64,000 bases of DNA from a virus. Taxonomy: Duplodnaviria > Heunggongvirae > Uroviricota > Caudoviricetes. The stretch is taken from IMG/VR virus record IMGVR_UViG_3300020045_008999, positions 512,001-576,000 of that record; one strand, written 5' to 3'. The notes below the pieces were generated by a model. It was not told where the DNA came from, ran no database searches, and saw only the letters and a list, made by a program, of their open reading frames with translations. The first letter of the stretch is position 1. Every line of letters begins with the position of its first letter. The translations under genes were made by a program, and so were the position numbers. Shown one piece after another: positions 50,099 to 57,920 of this stretch.

Positions 50099-51190
50099 AT
50101 GAAAAACAACGTACAGAACATTCTTTTTAGAGTGAAATTGAAGGGAAATGGTATTGTGAATTTTGATTCGGATAATCAAAAATGGGATTTAGTTAAACAT
50201 GGTATAAAACATTTGGTTCCCACCGATGATAATAATCAAATGGTGAGTAATACGAAATATGCCAAGAAACGTTTTTTCAAAGATGCTGATGGCAATCCAT
50301 CTTACAAAATCGCGATATCGTCAACGTGTTTAGGTAAGGCTATATATGCAGACCACCTTGAAATTACTACGCCGATGATCGGAGTGAATGACATTTTATT
50401 TATGGGATGTGTGGCTAGTCCCGCGTCATTATTGCGTGGCTATGTACAAACTCGTGGTAAGAATTCTGTATCATATAATCGAAAGGGCACAGTGACACTA
50501 AGTGATGCAGTCCAGTCAAACGGTGCTATATCTTCAGTAGAAACTATGACCAAAGCCGGATCCAGAAGTGCAACTTCATTATATAACCAAGAAAATGTAA
50601 GTGATATAGAGTATGAAGCAACTGGTATAATGAATTTACAAGAAATGCAATTCTATTCGGTGGATACATTACATTCCCGAGCTATGTTTTCTGATGATTT
50701 ATTTCCAATGTTTTCCAAATTAATTAAGTCGCGTATGCCGGAATTTGATTCAGAAATAGGGTATTATACTTTGAAGACTTGCGAAGCTAAGATACCAGAA
50801 AAGGGATTTGTCATTAACGATGAATGTATGTTACATTTGGTTAAGTTTTATTTCTCTAATTTGATCAGAGCTAAAATAACAAGAGCTCATGGACATGCTG
50901 CTGTACACGAAGTTGAATATAAACTGGTAACTGATACGGTTTATGGTGGCATGAATGATACAAGTGATTGGATAAAAATCAAATCACAATCATGCATTGA
51001 TTCAATGTCTTTTGGTACAAAAGAATGGTACCAAGAATATAGTGATTCTGAAAGTGATTCAATTAGAAGTCTAATTGATGTAGTTGAAGTAACTACTAAA
51101 GAAAATAAAAAGAAAAAAAACGAAGAAGCATCTGCTAGAAAGGCAGCGGCCGCTGAGACACGTCTTAAAAATAAAGATGATGGGAAATAA
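50099..51190 (+). CDS. cas7fv: Cas7fv-like backbone subunit (type I-F2/I-Fv)
   Basis: FRVKLKGNGIVNFD, ISSTC, ASPASLLRGYV, GSRSATSLY...EY...QEMQFYSVD...RAM, EKGFVIND, ITRAHGHAAV align colinearly with Shewanella Cas7fv as recalled. Confidence 0.85.
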   Translation: MKNNVQNILFRVKLKGNGIVNFDSDNQKWDLVKHGIKHLVPTDDNNQMVSNTKYAKKRFFKDADGNPSYKIAISSTCLGKAIYADHLEITTPMIGVNDILFMGCVASPASLLRGYVQTRGKNSVSYNRKGTVTLSDAVQSNGAISSVETMTKAGSRSATSLYNQENVSDIEYEATGIMNLQEMQFYSVDTLHSRAMFSDDLFPMFSKLIKSRMPEFDSEIGYYTLKTCEAKIPEKGFVINDECMLHLVKFYFSNLIRAKITRAHGHAAVHEVEYKLVTDTVYGGMNDTSDWIKIKSQSCIDSMSFGTKEWYQEYSDSESDSIRSLIDVVEVTTKENKKKKNEEASARKAAAAETRLKNKDDGK

Positions 51191-52190
51191 TTTAGGATAC
51201 ATAAAATTAGTCTTTGATTCTGCAAAATTATTTAGGGTTGCAAAAGACGAGAAAATTGGATCACTTTCACCCAAAGCTGGTTTATTAAAATCACAAGAAT
51301 CAATTGATGGAAAATCTCTTACCAAGCGTAAGAGATTTGGCTTTGTGAATCCAATTACTTATTATCAAATCAGTAATGTATTATGTGCACTTACTGGTAA
51401 TCGTCCAGTTAATTCAGTCAGGTTTACTAGATTCGAGCACAATAACGACTATATCGATTGGGCAAAACAGTGTTACTTAAAGTACACAAATTTACTCACA
51501 TATGATGAAGATGGGCTTATTTTGCCAACTCGAAGTGTTGTCACAACTTCTAAGGCTATGGATAATTCTAATGTAACCCAAGTGTTATTAACCTGGAGTG
51601 ATATTAAATATTTCGTAGGCGAATATATCAAAGATGCATTAAGCATGTCCGCTTTCGACCAGTTGCTATCCCACTATAATGTAAACATGTGCGATGCCAC
51701 TTTTGAAGATTTTTTAGAAGTGGTAGCTAAAAGTGGTGATACTAAAACATTATATACTTGGCTGTATGGTTTGAATAAAAATGGAACCCCTTCAAAAACA
51801 CTGCTGAATGATATTACTTATTATTACATTTCTAAGGGACATATTGATAAGTCGCTTCCGGGATTTAATATAAAAGGACATGTATTTGGTAATTACACAA
51901 TTCCTATGACTCAGAATATGCCTAGTTCTGGGAATATGCGAGCTACCGATGATTGGCGAATTGGTGCCAGAATAAAAAGTGGCATCAATCACCATGAATT
52001 ATTTTGTGGTGAAATTTTGGTACCAATTAGAAAAGTGGGGGATCTTCAAAAATTTCTAGTCGGGTCCGGAGTTTGTACTATATTGGATGGGGGTGTAGTG
52101 ACCATACATGGCGAGGCTAATCCGGAAATTGACCACCTATCAGAATTTGAATTAGTAGGAAATATATCAGACGAACGTCTAATCAATTAA
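51177..52190 (+). CDS. cas5fv: Cas5fv-like subunit
   Basis: 337 aa, large for a Cas5 and like Cas5fv; ITYYQISNVLCALTG helix; CGEILVP and GSGVCTILDGG Gly-loop; lies between cas7 and cas6. Confidence 0.7.
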   Translation: MMGNNLGYIKLVFDSAKLFRVAKDEKIGSLSPKAGLLKSQESIDGKSLTKRKRFGFVNPITYYQISNVLCALTGNRPVNSVRFTRFEHNNDYIDWAKQCYLKYTNLLTYDEDGLILPTRSVVTTSKAMDNSNVTQVLLTWSDIKYFVGEYIKDALSMSAFDQLLSHYNVNMCDATFEDFLEVVAKSGDTKTLYTWLYGLNKNGTPSKTLLNDITYYYISKGHIDKSLPGFNIKGHVFGNYTIPMTQNMPSSGNMRATDDWRIGARIKSGINHHELFCGEILVPIRKVGDLQKFLVGSGVCTILDGGVVTIHGEANPEIDHLSEFELVGNISDERLIN

Positions 52191-52202
52191 AAAATATCAT
52201 AT

Positions 52203-52967
52203 ATGCGTATTAAAATATCATTTACTGAAAACAATAAACCAGTCCCAGTAGACAATCAGTATCATTTAAATTCCTATATACATAAATGTTTAGGAAATAA
52301 CAATAAATACCACAATGCCAAAAGTGATTACTCAATTTCACATCTATACGGTGGTACTCTAAATAAGTCCAATAACACATTAAATTTTGAAAAGGGTGGC
52401 TATATTATAATATCATCGATGGATAAAGAGTTTATGGGTGCTTTATTTGCGGGAATATATGCTAATCAACTATTTGGATTTGGCATGCAGTTCAAATCAG
52501 TTGATAATGTAGCCGCTGAATATTTCTATGCCGGATGGAATCACTTTGCAACACTATCACCATTTATTATTAAAGAATATCAGGATAAAAAAAACTATAC
52601 ATTCTTAACGCTAGATGATCCTAATTTTGAATACAAAGTGAAGCAATATTTAATTCGCAAAATTCGCAAAATCAATCCTAGATTGGATTTGTCTGATTTT
52701 GATATAAATATCAAAACTCACGAAAAGCACAAAATTAAAAAAATATTGATAAAGAATGTTATCAATCATGCGAATCAATGTCAGATTTCAATTTATACAA
52801 ATCCTAAAGTTGCTAAACTATTGTACCACATAGGAATAGGACAATCAACCGGTTCTGGTCTTGGTACAATATATCCTACATCTAAACATAGCTTTTATCG
52901 TGAGGTGAAAATACATTCAGGTAATGTTACTAAAGTAGATAGGATCGAAAAAATGCAAATGTATTAA
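52203..52967 (+). CDS. cas6: CRISPR endoribonuclease Cas6 (I-A/I-B/III style)
   Basis: MRIKISF...PVDNQY-x-L-x-SYI, YSISHL, TLSPFII, GIGQSTGSGLG loop. Confidence 0.92.
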   Translation: MRIKISFTENNKPVPVDNQYHLNSYIHKCLGNNNKYHNAKSDYSISHLYGGTLNKSNNTLNFEKGGYIIISSMDKEFMGALFAGIYANQLFGFGMQFKSVDNVAAEYFYAGWNHFATLSPFIIKEYQDKKNYTFLTLDDPNFEYKVKQYLIRKIRKINPRLDLSDFDINIKTHEKHKIKKILIKNVINHANQCQISIYTNPKVAKLLYHIGIGQSTGSGLGTIYPTSKHSFYREVKIHSGNVTKVDRIEKMQMY

Positions 52968-53059
52968 TAATAGTGTGTATAAAATGTGTCGAAATCAGAA
53001 TATTAACACCCAAAAATCCAGTACAAACTACTACACTTCAATAAGTTATACTGTGGTAT
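52968..53059 (+). promoter_or_regulatory. Putative CRISPR leader
   Basis: Short AT-rich non-coding gap adjoining the eight identical repeats. Confidence 0.55.
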
Positions 53060-53649
53060 AGTAGTACTTATAGTAATCCGTAAGGGAATCACAACCATTC
53101 AGAAGGAGCAAATCCTAAATTATTAAGTAGTACTTATAGTAATCCGTAAGGGAATCACAACAACGGTATAACTCTTATAATCACCGCGGTCAGTAGTACT
53201 TATAGTAATCCGTAAGGGAATCACAACACGGAAAAGACGAAAGTTTAATATATAGGAGTAGTACTTATAGTAATCCGTAAGGGAATCACAACCGGATCTA
53301 GGTTTATTAAAATTTTAGTTAAGTAGTACTTATAGTAATCCGTAAGGGAATCACAACACTTATTAATTCCTGCGACTGGCGAGTAACAGTAGTACTTATA
53401 GTAATCCGTAAGGGAATCACAACTAGTAATCGAAAAAACGGTTAGTGATTACAGTAGTACTTATAGTAATCCGTAAGGGAATCACAACATGATGAGAAGA
53501 AATAAAAATGTGGATCAAAGTAGTACTTATAGTAATCCGTAAGGGAATCACAACACTCTATAGATTATTTAATAACTCTAAGAAAGTAGTACTTATAGTA
53601 ATCCGTAAGGGAAATATAATAGAATTAATTGGGATCTAATTTTATGAAT

Positions 53650-53744
53650 GGGAATTATATCGGTCCGTGTGGAAAACACATCATAATATGTTTAAGTTCT
53701 TTGAAATCTTTGGTAGTTATAGTGATCTGAAAGGGAATCACAAC
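53650..53744 (+). repeat. 95-nt block inside the array, copy 1
   Basis: 93/95 identical to 54500-54594. Confidence 0.95.
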
Positions 53745-54499
53745 AAAGTGTAAAAATTGGTTTCCATATACTATGGTAGTACTTATAGCAATCCGTAAGG
53801 GAATCACGACCACGCTATAGATTATGCTGGTAGAAATACAGTTAATAATTATATCAATCCGTAAGGGAATCACAACAGGCGTTCTCATGGAGGCGGCTTT
53901 GAATAAAGTAGTACTTATGACAATCCGTAAGGGAATCACAACAAGTGACACTTCAATGCCAAAAAAAGTAATAGTAGTACTTATGACAATCCGAAAGGGA
54001 ATCACAACATAAACGGATTACACACCACACGGCTAGAAAGTAGTACTTATGACAATCCGAAAGGGAATCACAACTAGTTATGGACGTAGAGAGAGATCCC
54101 TTTAAGTAGTACTTATGACAATCTGAGAGGGAATCACAACACATAAATAATTTTACCACAATCCGAAAGGGAATCACAACGTGATAAACGCAATTTGGTC
54201 GTTTGGGTCCAGTAGTACTTATGACAATCCGAAAGGGAATCACAATGTCGGATGTCATGTTAATACATCTCAGATGAGTAGTACTTATGACAACCCGAAA
54301 GGGAATCACAACTATAGTGGCCTCTAGCTCCACTTTTGTTACAGTAGTACTTATAGCAATCCGTAAGGGAATCACAACGGAAATCTTCTTGAGGCACAAC
54401 AGGAAAATAGTAGTACTTATAGCAATCCGTAAGGGAATCACAACAGGACCGATAGCGTGGTGTATAATAGATTTGAGTAGTACTTATGTTAATCCATAA

Positions 54500-54594
54500 G
54501 GGAATTATATCGGTCCGTGTGAAAAACACATCATAATATGTTTAAGTTCTTTGAAATCTTTGGTAGTTAAAGTGATCTGAAAGGGAATCACAAC
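54500..54594 (+). repeat. 95-nt block inside the array, copy 2
   Basis: 93/95 identical to 53650-53744. Confidence 0.95.
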
Positions 54595-55023
54595 AAGCGT
54601 AAGCAACACCAATATTTTAAAGAGTTGCCACTTATAGCAATCCGTAAGGGAATCACAACAGTGCTGCGGGTAATTATCCAAATAAAATTAGTAGTACTTA
54701 TAGTAATCCGAAAGGGAATCAGAACAAACTGTATTGGGGTAGTCATTTTATTTTTGGTAGTACTTATAGCATTCCGTAAGGGAATCACAACATCATTGAA
54801 TTTGAGCTAGGTGTTCAAGCAGTTGGTACTTATAGCAATCCGAAAGGGAATCACAACAATCAGTGCATCAAAAATTGAATAATCATTAGTAGTACTTATA
54901 GCAATCCGAAAAGGAATCACAACAAATGAACAGAATTAAATTAGAATTAGAAAAGTAGTATTTATAGTAATCCGTAAGGGAATCATCGCAAATAACCTGG
55001 TGAAAATTTAAAGAAAAATAATT

Positions 55024-55335
55024 ATGGAAAGAAAACGAATTTTAAGTCAAATACCCATCAATACTGATATGTTTATGACTTCTTTTGAAAAAGCAGCTAT
55101 TCTTTTGTTGGTGCAGAAAGAAAACTTGGAAAATGATGGGTGGACTAACATTCATTTGAAGATGGATTATTATAATGATGGTGCAGATTTGATCGTAATG
55201 GGTATGCGATTAGAAAACGATACTGAATATAATAATCGATTAGCTACTGAGCAAAAGAAGACAATTGTTGCCGAAAAGAAAGCAAAAAGAGAACGTGAAA
55301 AATATGAGCAATTTAAACGAAAATTTGAATCATAA
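55024..55335 (+). CDS. Hypothetical protein
   Basis: 103 aa; GMRLENDTEY and charged C-terminal helix. Confidence 0.6.
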   Translation: MERKRILSQIPINTDMFMTSFEKAAILLLVQKENLENDGWTNIHLKMDYYNDGADLIVMGMRLENDTEYNNRLATEQKKTIVAEKKAKREREKYEQFKRKFES

Positions 55336-55424
55336 GTTAATACAGTTTCATACTATATTATAAATGTTTGAAAATATGTTAATGCTATATTTTATTTTGT
55401 ATATTTGTATAAAAATACACAACC

Positions 55425-55829
55425 ATGAAGGATATCGCAATTGTTCGAAATATGTCAATTGACTTATTATTAGGTATAGATAATCCAATAATTACGTGGT
55501 TTGGTTATTTGTGGGATAAAATAAAATGTATAGAAACTGATGTACATCACTCGAATGGTGGTGAGTTTATTTATTATACAACAAGTGGAATTGACAATAA
55601 AATTATATTTTATCAAGACAATTCACATAACGTATTCTGGTGCCATCATACCAACTTCTGGTCAGTATTGCAAAACATTTGTAATTATTCAGATACTGAT
55701 GTTCAATCAATTATTAAATTCTTGGTAGAGAGCAAAATAGAAAAGTCAATCAGCCTTCCAAGATATGGTGTGCGTGATTATGGACCCTACCAGGACGAAG
55801 CGTTACAACGTACTTTATCAAAACTTTAA
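55425..55829 (+). CDS. Hypothetical protein
   Basis: TATATTTG at 55400 upstream. Confidence 0.6.
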   Translation: MKDIAIVRNMSIDLLLGIDNPIITWFGYLWDKIKCIETDVHHSNGGEFIYYTTSGIDNKIIFYQDNSHNVFWCHHTNFWSVLQNICNYSDTDVQSIIKFLVESKIEKSISLPRYGVRDYGPYQDEALQRTLSKL

Positions 55830-56376
55830 ATATTTAAAAATGGATAAAATTAAAAAAACAATACGTGACATAAAAAAACATGTTAACTCATTGGATAGTG
55901 ATCTATATCAAGAAAATAAATTGATCATAGACACATGTTTTGCATCAGCCATTGATATTATAGAAAAAAATAATATCAAGACGGACTTAGTGGCAGAACC
56001 AAGATTTCCAATTGATTTTTTCGAATTTTCGTTTTTGGTAGAGGCGTGCATTCCACCTAGGCCAATCGCCAGAGCGATGTTTTGGAAAAATGTAATAGAT
56101 ATCCACTTCCATAAAATGACACCGGTTGAACGGGATAACCTATTTGAATGGGTAAATCGATGCAATTCAATGATAGATGGTATTGAAAATGGCAATGAAG
56201 ATTGTTTATTATTCAATGCGCGTTTTGATAAGGAAAATCAATATATAGTGACAACAAAATACAACGGTGAAATAGCTAACCATACCTGCTTTAAATGGTT
56301 AGATAAATATCATACAACAATATCCCGTTCGGTATTCGAAGAATACATAATAGCGATTAATAAACTTAATTTCTAA
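55765..56376 (+). CDS. Hypothetical protein (start probably ATG 55840)
   Basis: EACIPPRPIAR. Confidence 0.6.
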   Translation: MVCVIMDPTRTKRYNVLYQNFKYLKMDKIKKTIRDIKKHVNSLDSDLYQENKLIIDTCFASAIDIIEKNNIKTDLVAEPRFPIDFFEFSFLVEACIPPRPIARAMFWKNVIDIHFHKMTPVERDNLFEWVNRCNSMIDGIENGNEDCLLFNARFDKENQYIVTTKYNGEIANHTCFKWLDKYHTTISRSVFEEYIIAINKLNF

Positions 56377-56380
56377 TAGT

Positions 56381-56704
56381 ATGTGTTGGTTTATTAATAT
56401 ATTTACTCGCAATAAAAAAATAAAATGTGATATACATGGCGATAATTCCTGTATGGGTGATTGTCACTGGGCAACCGATTGGGATAAGGCAACATATAAA
56501 ATAAGGAAGACTAGTAATGATAATGATGAGGTGCGATTTACCGTATACCGAACACTATTTGGTGTTACCAAAATGGTAAGTCATTGGATTGGACATCCTA
56601 CTATTAAAGAAGCAATGAAACAAGTTAAATCTGATAAATTATTTTACCAAGAAGAGTGGATTCGAGAAAATACAAAAAAGGAAGAGTGGATTGAAGTGGT
56701 ATAG
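56381..56704 (+). CDS. Hypothetical protein
   Basis: 107 aa. Confidence 0.55.
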   Translation: MCWFINIFTRNKKIKCDIHGDNSCMGDCHWATDWDKATYKIRKTSNDNDEVRFTVYRTLFGVTKMVSHWIGHPTIKEAMKQVKSDKLFYQEEWIRENTKKEEWIEVV

Positions 56705-56722
56705 ATATTTAATATATAGGAC

Positions 56723-57127
56723 ATGAAATATATTAAGTACATCAATAAATTTATCTTAATTAAAGAGTCCGTTGATGTTTATGATTATGGTCGAAAAAAT
56801 GGCAACTTGGAAATGTATTTTCGGGAAACACAAAAACTAAGTATAAAATTCACCAGTGAAGAAATCAGTGAAATTCAAACAAGATTACCCAATTTTAAAT
56901 TTATCCCACAAGAATGCGATGGTTATCATTATTTATATGCAGAGTTTGTCGGGTTTTTTACTAGTTACTGGGTGATACATTATTATGGCGATTACTGCTA
57001 TGGCGTATTTCAGTGGGATACCAATATGGCATTCCATCAGGAATTAACATGGGTGGAATTTTGCGACACTTTAGAGCCGGTCATCAAACGTATGTTACGC
57101 AATCAGAAACTAATATCTGGTGAATAG
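56723..57127 (+). CDS. Protein with capsid-targeting-like N-terminus
   Basis: MKYIKYINKFILIKES; TTAATATATA at 56709. Confidence 0.6.
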   Translation: MKYIKYINKFILIKESVDVYDYGRKNGNLEMYFRETQKLSIKFTSEEISEIQTRLPNFKFIPQECDGYHYLYAEFVGFFTSYWVIHYYGDYCYGVFQWDTNMAFHQELTWVEFCDTLEPVIKRMLRNQKLISGE

Positions 57128-57129
57128 CA

Positions 57130-57852
57130 TTGCTCATAATAAAAATCATTCATAATATGGAACCAATAAAATTTATAACAACTACATTCGAACAATACAT
57201 ATCGGAAGCGCATACTACAGCAAACACTAAATGGTATCACGGGACCCCAGATGGTAGAAAAGTTGACCAGGATGGTGGATTTCACACAAACAAAACCACC
57301 GTCGATTATGTAACAGACCCCGTAAAATTTAGTAATTTACAGGACCAGTTAACAAAAACTAGGGAATCAAATGATATGGTTGCCTATCATAAAATATTGA
57401 ATACCGTCAGTGCTTATAAAAGTAATTTTGAATACAATAAGCCATTATTTTTATCAAACAATTATACTGTTGCCAAAACCTACGCGGACCCAAGGAGAGC
57501 ATTTGATTATCAAAATTCATTAGAAAAGGTATATAGTGTAGCCACGAGCTGTGAAAATATTGTACAAATTTATGCACCGGGTGAACGGTTCAGATTCATA
57601 GCAATACATAATGTTCGCGATGGCTTTATTAAAGCTGGAGTATCACCGGGTGAAATTGATCGGTTAATTACAATGTTTAATTATTATGTAAAGGATAGCG
57701 CGGGAATTAAAACGGATCTGATTGCAGCAATAGGTAGTTGGTTGAAATTCGATTGTATTGATGTTATTGGGGTTTTAGATTCGCATAACGGGGGGAATAT
57801 TAGATCAACTGTTAGAATGTTACTGGATCCTTCTGATGCCAAAATAATTTAA
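57130..57852 (+). CDS. ADP-ribosyltransferase-fold-like protein (start probably ATG 57157)
   Basis: WYHGTP, LFLSNNYTVAKTYA; N-terminus TFEQYISEA. Confidence 0.55.
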   Translation: MLIIKIIHNMEPIKFITTTFEQYISEAHTTANTKWYHGTPDGRKVDQDGGFHTNKTTVDYVTDPVKFSNLQDQLTKTRESNDMVAYHKILNTVSAYKSNFEYNKPLFLSNNYTVAKTYADPRRAFDYQNSLEKVYSVATSCENIVQIYAPGERFRFIAIHNVRDGFIKAGVSPGEIDRLITMFNYYVKDSAGIKTDLIAAIGSWLKFDCIDVIGVLDSHNGGNIRSTVRMLLDPSDAKII

Positions 57853-57920
57853 TTAAATCATTAGGTTATTATTGAATTAGTTATTATATTTGTCATTATA
57901 TTAATTTATAAAATTATTAA

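Larger units (their letters stand above)
53060..54989 (+). CRISPR. CRISPR array of about 29 repeats, consensus AGTAGTACTTATAGTAATCCGTAAGGGAATCACAAC (36 nt), spacers mostly 30 nt (29-31)
   Basis: Period 65-67 nt; R1-R8 identical; later repeats variant; one truncated unit (54141-54180); last repeat degenerate. Confidence 0.98.

Noticed and set aside
53655-54810. ORFs 53655, 53824, 53953, 54260, 54287, 54588 and 54625 in the ORF track
   Set aside because: They are translations of the CRISPR array (66-nt period, a multiple of 3), not genes
53096-54954. Self-targeting spacers within this window
   Set aside because: No convincing match found by eye; an alignment search is needed to exclude it
47651-55335. 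Class 2 effector (Cas13b/Cas9/Cas12) or tracrRNA suggested by the repeat
   Set aside because: No large HEPN/RuvC ORF near the array; the 47-nt insert has only a weak match of about 7/8 nt to the anti-repeat
55024-55335. ORF after the array as cas2, cas4 or cas11
   Set aside because: No Cas2 YD motif and no Cas4 Cys cluster; it resembles a generic small phage protein
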